Made by a program: the position numbers and the translations under genes | The notes under the pieces: model-generated | What the model was told of the DNA's origin: nothing | Database searches by the model: none | The model's input: only the letters and a program-made list of their open reading frames with translations | Source of the DNA: Candidatus Omnitrophota bacterium | GTDB taxonomy: Bacteria; Omnitrophota; Gorgyraeia; B26-G9 | Reading direction: 5' to 3' | DNA: 64,000 nucleotides | Assembly (NCBI GenBank): GCA_043805415.1 | Contig: JAZDHZ010000009.1 | Coordinates: 13,973 to 77,972 of the forward strand | Part shown: piece by piece, positions 41,458 to 50,372 of the stretch | Layout of the letters: each line of letters opens with the position of its first letter | Numbering within the stretch: the first letter of the stretch is position 1

Positions 41458-41471
41458 TAGGTCGGTTTTTT
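41436..41471 (+). terminator. Riboswitch expression-platform terminator (cassette 2)
   Basis: Same hairpin and T run as 37743-37778. Confidence 0.8.
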
Positions 41472-41499
41472 GTCTAAAAAGGGGGAATGGGGAAAGCTT

Positions 41500-41955
41500 A
41501 TGCAAAGAAGAAAAGGTTTTACTCTGGTTGAAATACTGGTTTCAACTGCTATTATGGCGATTGCAATTACATCTACTTTGCAGATTTTAATGTATCTGTT
41601 ACAGATGAATGAAGCAAATCAGGTATCAGTTGCTTGCATGAATAGAGCTCAGGGGATCATGGATGAGATTAAAAGAGTTAATTATGATGATGTGATTACG
41701 CTTTATAATGGAAATCAATTTACTGTTGCTGAGCTGACAAGCAGGAATGTCCGCCATAGCGGAGTAATTTACGCGAATGAAATAGAAGCGGACTTTCTTA
41801 TAGATATAAAAGTAGTTATCAGCTGGGGAAATAGAAATAGAATAATCGGTGAGGATACTAATTTAAATGGGGTTTTAGACATTGGGGAAGATTTAAATGG
41901 AAATGGGCAGATTGATTCACCGGTTATGATTGAGGGCACAATCTTAAATCGGTAG
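41500..41955 (+). CDS. Minor pilin, PilV-like (cassette 2)
   Basis: MQRRKG|FTLVEIL; C-terminal GEDTNLNG/GEDLNGNG repeats. Confidence 0.85.
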   Translation: MQRRKGFTLVEILVSTAIMAIAITSTLQILMYLLQMNEANQVSVACMNRAQGIMDEIKRVNYDDVITLYNGNQFTVAELTSRNVRHSGVIYANEIEADFLIDIKVVISWGNRNRIIGEDTNLNGVLDIGEDLNGNGQIDSPVMIEGTILNR

Positions 41956-41974
41956 TCTTAGGGGAGACGCGAAT

Positions 41975-42625
41975 ATGATGAATAGTAAAAAAGCTTATAC
42001 TTTAGCAGAGCTTTTGGTTTCACTTGCAATTTTTACTGTAGTAATCGGTTCTTTGATGAGTATTTTAATTTCGCAAAATGCTTTTTTTAGCCGCGCCTCA
42101 GCCGCGGTAGATGTGGGGGGTAAAGCGCGCAGAGTAATGACGCTTATGGTTAAAGAACTTCGTTTGGCTAAGCAAGAGGTTGTTAATGTTTATGACCGGC
42201 CTTTAGACCAACCGGGAGTGAGTCTTGATCATACTAACGGCAAGAGCATTGTGTTTCAATTCCCTGTGGATTGGGATGGCGATGGAGATAAATTCGATGA
42301 GTGGGGGAGAATAGAATGGGGTTGTGAAGGCGGACTTGACTGGTCAATTGAATATTATTATGATAGTGTCAATCAAAGAGTAATGCGGCGTGTATGGGAT
42401 GCCGCAAATACCGCGCAGTCTGAAACTGTGGTTGCTGAAGATATCAGTAATTTTTTAATCCAAGGGTTCCAGTATGATTCATCTTTGCAGACATATATAT
42501 TGCACTCAGCTTGTGAAATTATTGAAATAAATATTACCGCGCAAAGAGATAGTATTTCAGGCAGAACATTAGATTCACCCTTGACTTATAGTTTAATTAA
42601 TCGGGTTACCTGGCGGAATAATTAA
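41975..42625 (+). CDS. Minor pilin, PilW-like (cassette 2)
   Basis: SKKA|YTLAELLV; C-terminal VTWRN. Confidence 0.82.
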   Translation: MMNSKKAYTLAELLVSLAIFTVVIGSLMSILISQNAFFSRASAAVDVGGKARRVMTLMVKELRLAKQEVVNVYDRPLDQPGVSLDHTNGKSIVFQFPVDWDGDGDKFDEWGRIEWGCEGGLDWSIEYYYDSVNQRVMRRVWDAANTAQSETVVAEDISNFLIQGFQYDSSLQTYILHSACEIIEINITAQRDSISGRTLDSPLTYSLINRVTWRNN

Positions 42626-42650
42626 TTTTTTTTAAATAAGGAGAAACGCA

Positions 42651-45425
42651 ATGAGAATGATTACTAATAGAAAAGGAACGATTCTTGTAGCAACCTATAT
42701 GGTATTATGCGTGATCATTGTTGTTGCCAGTTCATTTTTCTCCATGGTGCTGACTGACAATAAAACAGTGGCAAGAGACAATGATGGAGCGCGAGCTTTA
42801 TCCAATGCCGAACGGGGAATTGCCTATGCTTATTTTGAAGCGAATAAAATGGGCTGGGATTGGTACACTCATGAATGGAATGGATCTAAAAAAAAATTAA
42901 TCCCTATTCCTCCAGCTCAAAGGGTGCTCACTAGGGCTGATTTGAGTTTTAACAGTGATAAATTTGTTGAACATAATTCAGGCAGTTTTATGCTCAAGGC
43001 TTATCCTGATGCTACACGTGAAAATGATACGGTTGTTGTTTCCATGGGGATTTGCGGAAAAGAGCGAAGAGTGCTGATGTATTATTTAACTCGCCGGGGA
43101 ATCTATGATTTTTTTATATACACTCCGTATGATTTAGATCTTTACGATGCCGTAGGCCATCATCCGCTGTTAAATGGCGGAGGCATACATTCAAATGGAG
43201 ATATTCATATTGATAGTTATATGCGGCTGGAAGATATTTCAGAATTAAGTGCTGGAGCAAGCGGAAATATTTACTATGAAGGAAGTCAATATATACCACC
43301 TTATTATGCTGATCGTCTGGATAGTGTGATGGATGGGAAGTCGCCCATCACAAGGCTGGATAAAATGGCTGATGTATTTCGTGATGATACGATAAATCAA
43401 GCCGGGCCATTTGGATATTATAATGCTTATGGTCAATGGCAATGGGATAGCGGAGCAACTTATTTTGTCTATACAGATAATGGCTTGAGAAATTCTTTTC
43501 AAAGTACAGAAGGGCATTTCGCGGGTTCTGTATTAGATATTTATAATGTGAATCCTGGGCAGACCAGCGGGGGTGCTAAGAATGATAGTGGCGGTATTTT
43601 AAATTCTCAAAATGCCTGGATAAAACCTTATATGCTGGATTCTGAGGGCAATCAGATTGATAAGACTTGGGTAGAGATTCCCGCGGAAATGGACACTGAA
43701 TGGGGTTGGGATAAATATGGCTGGAACAACTATGGGACTGTTGCGGGTGAGCAGCCAGTTAGTTTTTATACATATAAAGATGATGGAACTCAGGTTGATG
43801 TAGCCAATACTTATTGGGAAATAAATGCCAGCAATAAAGTGGAAATGCTTGATCCGCCAATCGGCGGGACTCCGGAAGAGTGGGCGGTTTTTAACGCGGC
43901 GCACCCAGAGGCTAAACAGTATTGGGATATGTACGCTACTCCTGAGTTTTGGAAAGCAAATTATAATAATGCTTATTATGAATATTTAGCAGATATGATT
44001 AACCCCGAAATGCTAGACGGAACTTATGGAGATGAGCGTTTAAATAGTGATATTTTGATGGTTAAGCATACAAATTCGGAAAAACAACCAGATGATTGGA
44101 AGGCTTTTCTTTCGTCTTCGGGTTTGGATGGGATAGTGCGTGATGGAAATACTGGAGGAGAGTATTTAGAACCGCCTGATTTTGATACCACATATTCACG
44201 CTTAGCGGAAAGAGATGGGCTATATATAGATTTAGATTCAAGTTTTGATGGAAATTTTGATGATTATGATGAATGGCAGGAAGTGCTGGAAAAAAGCATT
44301 GATAACGCGGTAAACTCGCTTAATCAGGGAACCGCTACGCATGATGTAGCTAAAAAAGTTAAATTTATCAACACCTTTACAGGCGAGTGGAATGTTGTTT
44401 TAGAAATAGATTTTAAGAACATGCAAACACAAAGCAGATATCCCTCCAATGGTATTTTATACACAAAAGTTCCGATTAGAATTACTAATGCCGCTGAGCT
44501 TGCCCGGGCAAAACCAAAATACGGGTTTACTATTTTAGGAGAAGAAAATATTTATCTGCAAGGAGATTATAATACTGATCAATGGGTAACCAGCGCGGTT
44601 ATTTCCAAAAAACGCATATTTACTTTGTCAGATGATTTTAATGATCCGCAGGTTAAACCAGCTTTAGAACATTATCCGGATTACCCCTATCTTTATGTTA
44701 AAGATGATGGATCTGGAAATTATGCTGAGGTGCCGAAAACAACTTCCGGCGGACAGTGGGTAATTATTGATTACTTGGACGATGATGGATTTGTTGATAA
44801 ACTAGATTATTATGCTGGAATTAATGATACAAACGAAGCTAGTTTGCGGTCAATAATCTTAGCAAAGGAAAATGACTATCGCAGTGTTTTTAATAAGCCT
44901 GATCCCAGCGGCAGTGTTGAGGATACCTGGACATGGTCTGGTACTGGAGAAAGCTATACTTCAGGGATGATGCCCAATACGGTAAGTCAGGATCATACTT
45001 ATAACGCGCTTATGTCAACTAATCGCTGGTTAGACACTTATCAGAGTAATAAAGGCGATATTCTAGAGAACTGGTCTTATCTGGTAGGGGCTAGTACTGT
45101 GAATAAACGTCGTAATTTAAACGGAGCATTTTTTGTTCTGGAAAACTCAAATGTCGGTGGATTTACTGCTGCTAATAATGAGTTTGTTGATTATCGAAAT
45201 GAGTCAGGTTTAGGTTATGATCAGCGTGGCCGTTCTGCTGGCACAGGAGATAATTTTTCATATAACAGAGGTTCTTTTTTGCGGACTTATGACGCGCAAG
45301 AAGCCATGTCCTATGATGAGCAGTTTAAAACAGCAACCAGGGCTCCTTCGGATGTGTTTTTTGGCGGAGCTGAATCTTTATGGTCTGAGACAACGGAGGC
45401 TTTCTTTTATCAGTTGAATTTCTAG
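42651..45425 (+). CDS. Giant PilX-like minor pilin / putative tip adhesin (cassette 2)
   Basis: RKG|TILVATY lacking Glu5, ALSNAERGIAYA PilX motif; 924 aa, rich in Tyr/Trp/Asp/Gly. Confidence 0.78.
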   Translation: MRMITNRKGTILVATYMVLCVIIVVASSFFSMVLTDNKTVARDNDGARALSNAERGIAYAYFEANKMGWDWYTHEWNGSKKKLIPIPPAQRVLTRADLSFNSDKFVEHNSGSFMLKAYPDATRENDTVVVSMGICGKERRVLMYYLTRRGIYDFFIYTPYDLDLYDAVGHHPLLNGGGIHSNGDIHIDSYMRLEDISELSAGASGNIYYEGSQYIPPYYADRLDSVMDGKSPITRLDKMADVFRDDTINQAGPFGYYNAYGQWQWDSGATYFVYTDNGLRNSFQSTEGHFAGSVLDIYNVNPGQTSGGAKNDSGGILNSQNAWIKPYMLDSEGNQIDKTWVEIPAEMDTEWGWDKYGWNNYGTVAGEQPVSFYTYKDDGTQVDVANTYWEINASNKVEMLDPPIGGTPEEWAVFNAAHPEAKQYWDMYATPEFWKANYNNAYYEYLADMINPEMLDGTYGDERLNSDILMVKHTNSEKQPDDWKAFLSSSGLDGIVRDGNTGGEYLEPPDFDTTYSRLAERDGLYIDLDSSFDGNFDDYDEWQEVLEKSIDNAVNSLNQGTATHDVAKKVKFINTFTGEWNVVLEIDFKNMQTQSRYPSNGILYTKVPIRITNAAELARAKPKYGFTILGEENIYLQGDYNTDQWVTSAVISKKRIFTLSDDFNDPQVKPALEHYPDYPYLYVKDDGSGNYAEVPKTTSGGQWVIIDYLDDDGFVDKLDYYAGINDTNEASLRSIILAKENDYRSVFNKPDPSGSVEDTWTWSGTGESYTSGMMPNTVSQDHTYNALMSTNRWLDTYQSNKGDILENWSYLVGASTVNKRRNLNGAFFVLENSNVGGFTAANNEFVDYRNESGLGYDQRGRSAGTGDNFSYNRGSFLRTYDAQEAMSYDEQFKTATRAPSDVFFGGAESLWSETTEAFFYQLNF

Positions 45426-45462
45426 TTTTAAAATAAATCGATATTAAATCATTGGGGGAAAT

Positions 45463-45876
45463 ATGGACCATAAAGTAAAAATAACATTAGCCACAACCGG
45501 GGTCTTGTTGTTATTGATTATTGCTACCGGACTATACTCGACGTTTAATCCTAAATCAGTCAAAACAGAGCTGCTTAATGAAATAAGCAAGACAGCGCCG
45601 GTTTATAAACAAGGATCTAAAGTAGGGTTAGGCTCAAAAGCGAAAACTAATGTTAAAGAAAACTCTTATTATTTTCTTGATAAAAAAGTTGAAAGAGCGC
45701 AAGTTGATCCCCATGACAACTTAAACGCTAACAATGATGAACTTGATGATTTTTTTGTATCGGATATTTCTGAGCCGATTGATATGGTGGCAAATTTTGA
45801 TGATGATTATGTTCAAGCGCCTGAAATTGATATATCGATGAATGAGGCTGAACTTGATCATCCGATGGAAAATTAA
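45463..45876 (+). CDS. Small membrane-anchored acidic hypothetical protein
   Basis: N-terminal TM, Asp-rich C-terminus; last gene of cassette 2. Confidence 0.7.
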   Translation: MDHKVKITLATTGVLLLLIIATGLYSTFNPKSVKTELLNEISKTAPVYKQGSKVGLGSKAKTNVKENSYYFLDKKVERAQVDPHDNLNANNDELDDFFVSDISEPIDMVANFDDDYVQAPEIDISMNEAELDHPMEN

Positions 45877-45941
45877 GATAAAGAAATTTAGATTTTTAGG
45901 GCTAATATGAGTTTTAGCTGATTTAAGAGGAAGAACTGAAG

Positions 45942-45970
45942 TTGACTTTTTGTTCTTCCTCTTTTATAAT
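45942..45970 (+). promoter_or_regulatory. Sigma70-type promoter for pilS-pilR (possibly leaderless)
   Basis: TTGACT-17 nt-TATAAT; ATG follows after a 7-nt spacer. Confidence 0.55.
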
Positions 45971-45977
45971 GGGGTCA

Positions 45978-47234
45978 ATGCAAGTAGACAGAAATTCAAT
46001 CTATTCAGTAATTTTTTTCCGATTTGCCATTGTTACAGTGATTTTCATTGTCAATACTACGCTTTTTGGCTTGGGGCGTATCCCGGTTTATTTTATAATT
46101 ACAGCGGTTTATGGTTTGACTCTAGTTTATTCCTTGCTGAATTTAGCAAATATATTTAATCCTAAATTTTTGTATGTACAGATTTTTCTGGATTTAGTTT
46201 TAGAAACATTGCTTGTGCATTATACCGGGGGGATTAATTCAGTACTTAGTATTTTGTTTCCGCTTTCCAGTATAGCCGCGAGTATTATAATTTCACCGGC
46301 AGCGGCAATAGTTATTGCTCTTTTAGGCAGTATTATGTATGCTGGAGTAGTGACTATGGAGCAATTGAATGTTTTTGCTTTGCCGTCGATCGGGATAAAT
46401 GAGCTGGCAATGCCTGACGCGTATGTTTTCTCCTTATTGTATTTTCGGGTCACGGTGTTTATTGTGATTGGTTTTTTGAGTTCATATATTGCCGATCAGC
46501 TGAGAAAGCAAAATAAAGTTGTTTTGTCCTTACAGGAAAAATTGCGGCGAGAAGACAGGTTATCGGCGATTGGTAAGCTGGCGGCAAGTACTGCTCACGA
46601 GATACGCAATCCCTTGGCATCGATATCCGGCTGTGTGGAAGCATTAAAAGATTCAGTTGCTTTGCAAGATAAAGATAAAAAATTATTCAATCTTATTTTA
46701 AAGGAAACCGCGCGTTTAAATGATATTATTAATGGTTTGCTTGAATATGTTAAACCCAGGCAGCTAAAGCTGGAAAAAATATCAATTGATGAGCTGGTTG
46801 ATGAAGTTGTTTTTTTGCTGAAAAGCAGCAATAAATTTAAAGATGACATAGTAATTAAAAAAGAAAATTCTCTTCCGGAGATAAAAATCAGTTGCGATCC
46901 GCAGCAGATCAAACAGGTGTTATTCAATTTACTGATAAACGCGGTGGAGGCAATTGAAAAACAAGGGAAAATTATTATCCGGCAAAAAGCTAGTGAAGAT
47001 ATTGAAGGGATTGAGCTGGAGATATCGGATAATGGGATTGGAATGTCTAAAGAGCAATTAGGCACTCTTTTTGAACCATTCTCAAGTCATAAAGATAAAG
47101 GGGTCGGCTTGGGGCTGCCGATAGTAAGTACAATTATAAAAGAACACGGCGGCAGTATTAATATCCAAAGCAAGTTAGGTAAGGGCAGCACATTCCGGAT
47201 CTTCTTACCAGCTAAAATAAAAATAAAGGAATAG
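45978..47234 (+). CDS. pilS: PilS-family membrane sensor histidine kinase
   Basis: Multi-TM N-terminus with DLVLETLLVHYTGG; AHEIRNPL H-box; upstream of a sigma54 regulator and pilA. Confidence 0.85.
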   Translation: MQVDRNSIYSVIFFRFAIVTVIFIVNTTLFGLGRIPVYFIITAVYGLTLVYSLLNLANIFNPKFLYVQIFLDLVLETLLVHYTGGINSVLSILFPLSSIAASIIISPAAAIVIALLGSIMYAGVVTMEQLNVFALPSIGINELAMPDAYVFSLLYFRVTVFIVIGFLSSYIADQLRKQNKVVLSLQEKLRREDRLSAIGKLAASTAHEIRNPLASISGCVEALKDSVALQDKDKKLFNLILKETARLNDIINGLLEYVKPRQLKLEKISIDELVDEVVFLLKSSNKFKDDIVIKKENSLPEIKISCDPQQIKQVLFNLLINAVEAIEKQGKIIIRQKASEDIEGIELEISDNGIGMSKEQLGTLFEPFSSHKDKGVGLGLPIVSTIIKEHGGSINIQSKLGKGSTFRIFLPAKIKIKE

Positions 47235-47235
47235 T

Positions 47236-48588
47236 ATGCAGGCTAGAATACTTTTGGTTGATGATGAAAAAGATCTTCTTGAATGGCTGAGTATTGTTTT
47301 AGAAAAAGAAGGTTATTTGATTAAATGCGCTACTTCCGGTGAAGAAGCGCTTAAATTGTTTGGCCAAGAACAGTTTGATATGGTTATTACTGATATTCGC
47401 ATGACGCCGATTAATGGATTAGAGCTGTTAAAAAAGCTCAAAGCAATAAACCCGGAAATTATTGTTCTGATGGTTACGGCATATGCTTCTGTGGATACAG
47501 CAGTGAAAGCGCTTAGATACGGAGCCTATGATTATTTGTTTAAACCTTTTAAGCTTGATGATATAAAGCTGATTATAAGGAAGGCTTTTAGTCAAAGAAG
47601 AATATTTGCCGCGGATAAAGGTACTGAAAAGAAGTTAAAAGAGCGATATCGCTTTGCTAATATCATTGGGAAAAGCGTTCCCATGCAAAAAATATTCAAT
47701 ATGATTGATAAAATTGCCAAGACAAATACAACGGTTTTAATTAATGGCGAAAGCGGTACTGGAAAAGAACTTATTGCTAAGGCAATTCACTATAATAGTT
47801 TAAAATCAAATAAACCGTTTGTCTCGATTGATTGCGGAGCGCTGCCTGAAGAGTTGCTGGAGAGTGAGCTTTTTGGCCATGTTAAAGGTTCGTTTACCGG
47901 AGCGATTTCCAGCAAGCAGGGCTTATTTGAGGTTGCCAGCGGGGGAACTTTGTTTTTAGATGAGATTGGAGAGACTTCTCAGGCAATGCAGGCCAAAATG
48001 CTGCGGGCTCTTCAGGAGCGGGAAATTCGGCCGGTGGGAGCAACCAAAATCATAAAAGTCGATGTCAGAGTTATTGCCGCGACAAATAGAAATTTAGAAG
48101 ATGAAGTAAAGCGGGAGAATTTTCGTAAAGATCTTTTTTATCGAATCAGCGTGATTAGTCTTGGCTTGCCGAAATTAGCGCAGCGCCGGGAAGATATCGA
48201 ATTACTGGTTAATCATTTTCTTAAAAAATATCAATTGCCGGGAAAGCCGGTTAAAACCATCTCTCAAGAGTGTATGGATTTATTCATGCAATACTCCTGG
48301 CCAGGCAATGTCCGCGAGCTGGAAAACGCGATTGAAAGCGCGGTCGCGCTTTCTGAGTCTGATGAAATTAAAGTTAATGATCTTCCTGAGCGCATTTATC
48401 ATCAAGCATCTTCCGAAGAATCAGAAGCTGTGACCAGTGATTCTTTAAAAGGTAAGGTGGAGCAATTTGAAAAAGAGCTTATTATCAAGACTCTACAGGA
48501 AGTTGGCGGCAATAAAAACCTGGTGGCTAAAATTCTTAAAATGACGCGGCGTAATCTTGATTATAAGATTAAGCGTTATGAAATATGA
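47236..48588 (+). CDS. pilR: PilR-type sigma54-dependent response regulator (NtrC family)
   Basis: Receiver domain, GESGTGKE, ESELFGHVKGSFTGA, WPGNVRELEN, C-terminal HTH. Confidence 0.88.
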   Translation: MQARILLVDDEKDLLEWLSIVLEKEGYLIKCATSGEEALKLFGQEQFDMVITDIRMTPINGLELLKKLKAINPEIIVLMVTAYASVDTAVKALRYGAYDYLFKPFKLDDIKLIIRKAFSQRRIFAADKGTEKKLKERYRFANIIGKSVPMQKIFNMIDKIAKTNTTVLINGESGTGKELIAKAIHYNSLKSNKPFVSIDCGALPEELLESELFGHVKGSFTGAISSKQGLFEVASGGTLFLDEIGETSQAMQAKMLRALQEREIRPVGATKIIKVDVRVIAATNRNLEDEVKRENFRKDLFYRISVISLGLPKLAQRREDIELLVNHFLKKYQLPGKPVKTISQECMDLFMQYSWPGNVRELENAIESAVALSESDEIKVNDLPERIYHQASSEESEAVTSDSLKGKVEQFEKELIIKTLQEVGGNKNLVAKILKMTRRNLDYKIKRYEI

Positions 48589-48703
48589 CACAAGACACCG
48601 GGACGCCAGGTCGCAAGGTAAAAGCGTAGGGCTAATGGCTGATGGTCGATGGCTAATAGTAAAAAGTAAAAACTAAAAATTCGTAATTAATAACTATAAA
48701 GGG

Positions 48704-48823
48704 CTAGAATAATTATTTTGGCGGGTTTAGAGCCTGATTTTGATAGGACTGGCAAAATCAGAGATCTATCCTCGGAGCTTTACAGGATGTAAAGCGAGAA
48801 TGAGCAGAAATAATTGATTCTAG
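48704..48823. repeat. REP-like multi-hairpin element flanked by heptamer microsatellites
   Basis: Outer CTAGAAT..AATTATT / AATAATT..ATTCTAG; hairpins CTGATTTTG/CAAAATCAG and GCTTTACAggaTGTAAAGC; GGCTAAT-like repeats at 48630-48659 and CGCTAAT-like repeats at 48884-48915. Confidence 0.5.
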
Positions 48824-48925
48824 ACCGCCATGGATAAGCAAGACACAAGGTTTTTTAAAAACCTCAAAACCCTATCCTCTAAACGCTAATCGCTAATCGC
48901 TAACCGCTATTCGCTGCTTTTTTGG

Positions 48926-48958
48926 GAAAAAGTTTTCATTGTTATAGAAAAATTTTTC
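48926..48958. promoter_or_regulatory. Putative PilR upstream activating sequences (two palindromes)
   Basis: GAAAAAGTTTTC (48926) and GAAAAATTTTTC (48947), 21 bp apart, ~120-150 bp upstream of the sigma54 site. Confidence 0.55.
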
Positions 48959-49076
48959 CATATTTTTTTAACCTCAAAAACTATACACAAATCAACACGT
49001 GAAACTAATTACCGCAAATTACTTAATTTCAATACGTTAACGCTAAAATATTTTAAATAATAAAATAAATTAATCT

Positions 49077-49092
49077 TGGCACGCCTAGTGCT
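49077..49092 (+). promoter_or_regulatory. Sigma54 (-24/-12) promoter of pilA
   Basis: TGGCACGCCTAGTGCT with GG-N10-GC spacing, downstream of pilR. Confidence 0.85.
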
Positions 49093-49156
49093 CTAATAAC
49101 ATTGGTCTTAACTATTTGATAATTTGTAATTGGTAAACAATGAAAGGGGTGTTAGT

Positions 49157-49660
49157 ATGAATCGTAAGGGCTTTACATTGGTAGAAATCATGATCGTTGT
49201 AGCTATTATTGCTTTGTTGGCAGCAATTGCTATCCCTAACCTTATGCGTGCAAGACTTAACGCAAATGAATCAGCAGCTCAGTCTACATTAAAAACTGTA
49301 GCAACAGCGGTTGAAAGTTTTAGGGCAGCGCAAACTAATCCAACTTATCCGCCTTCTTCAACTGTAGCTGGAGTTGTGGGATTAACTGATGGAACCGCGG
49401 CTTCTCCTTCTTATTGTGATGCTGGAATTTTTGCTGCAGCCGGAAGACAAGGTTATATTTTTACTTATACACAATTGGGAACAGTTCTTGGACAGCAGTA
49501 TGTTGCTTCTTGTCAGCCTGTAACTTTTGGAGTAACTGGAATAAGAACATTTTCAATTAATGAAACTGGAGTGCTTAGAGCTTCAGCAGCTAATGCAGCC
49601 GCTATAACAGCTAGTCCAATCACTACACTTGCATATGCAGCTTTGACACCTGTTCAATAA
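49157..49660 (+). CDS. pilA: Major type IV pilin
   Basis: MNRKG|FTLVEIMIVVAIIALLAAIAIP; own sigma54 promoter, RBS and terminator. Confidence 0.9.
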   Translation: MNRKGFTLVEIMIVVAIIALLAAIAIPNLMRARLNANESAAQSTLKTVATAVESFRAAQTNPTYPPSSTVAGVVGLTDGTAASPSYCDAGIFAAAGRQGYIFTYTQLGTVLGQQYVASCQPVTFGVTGIRTFSINETGVLRASAANAAAITASPITTLAYAALTPVQ

Positions 49661-49678
49661 TTGATTAAACTGAAAACT

Positions 49679-49718
49679 AAAAGAGGGATTGTATAGAAAT
49701 ATATGATCCCTCTTTTTT
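49679..49718 (+). terminator. Intrinsic terminator after pilA
   Basis: AAAAGAGGGATTGTATA-GAAA-TATATGATCCCTCTTTTTT. Confidence 0.9.
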
Positions 49719-49816
49719 ATTTCAGGTTATTGTTGAGCTGAAATATGTTTTTTGTTATAATAAATCATGGGATTTAGTTTGGGGTAATTAAGTTTTAATT
49801 AGCGAAAGGTAATAAT

Positions 49817-50320
49817 ATGGATTTAAGTAAGATTTTTTTAAATTATAGACAAAAACTGAACAAAGGATTTAGTTTGGTGGAGATTATGGTTGTGATCGCG
49901 ATCATTGCTTTAATGGCTGCGATTTCTATTCCAAATATGCTTAGGACAAAACTAAGTGCCAATGAAAAAGCAGCGCAAACTATTTTAAAAGAAGTTTCTA
50001 AAGCATGTGAAAGTTATCGGGTTACTCAGCCAGTTGTTTCTTATCCAGCGACTGTGGCTGATTTAACAACAGCTGATCCATCATATTGCGATGCTTCTAT
50101 TTTTCTGGCAAATGGATTTCGGGGATATGTTTTTAGTTTCACTGCTGGTCCCGCGGCTGCAGTTGAGGGAATTATTCAGACATTTGATTGCGGAGCGCGG
50201 CCAGCTACTGCTAATGTTACTGGTGTTCGCTGGTTTGTAATTGATGAAACCGGGGTATTAAGAGAAGACCTTAATGCTGACGGTATGGCAGATGCTTCAG
50301 ATCCCGCGATTGAAGAATAG
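49817..50320 (+). CDS. Type IV pilin paralog 2
   Basis: KG|FSLVEIMVV; shares ANE..AQ..LK and TG.R.F.I.ETGVLR with pilA. Confidence 0.88.
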   Translation: MDLSKIFLNYRQKLNKGFSLVEIMVVIAIIALMAAISIPNMLRTKLSANEKAAQTILKEVSKACESYRVTQPVVSYPATVADLTTADPSYCDASIFLANGFRGYVFSFTAGPAAAVEGIIQTFDCGARPATANVTGVRWFVIDETGVLREDLNADGMADASDPAIEE

Positions 50321-50372
50321 GGCGGATTGTGCTAAATGTATATAATAAAATCGTAAAAGAAAGAATTATGGG

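Noticed and set aside
37551-41471. Duplicated leaders as IS ends or recombination/inversion sites
   Set aside because: Direct orientation, no adjacent transposase or recombinase, and promoter, aptamer and terminator explain the conservation.
48630-48915. CRISPR array
   Set aside because: Only 7-bp degenerate tandem units; no 23-47 bp repeats with spacers and no cas genes.
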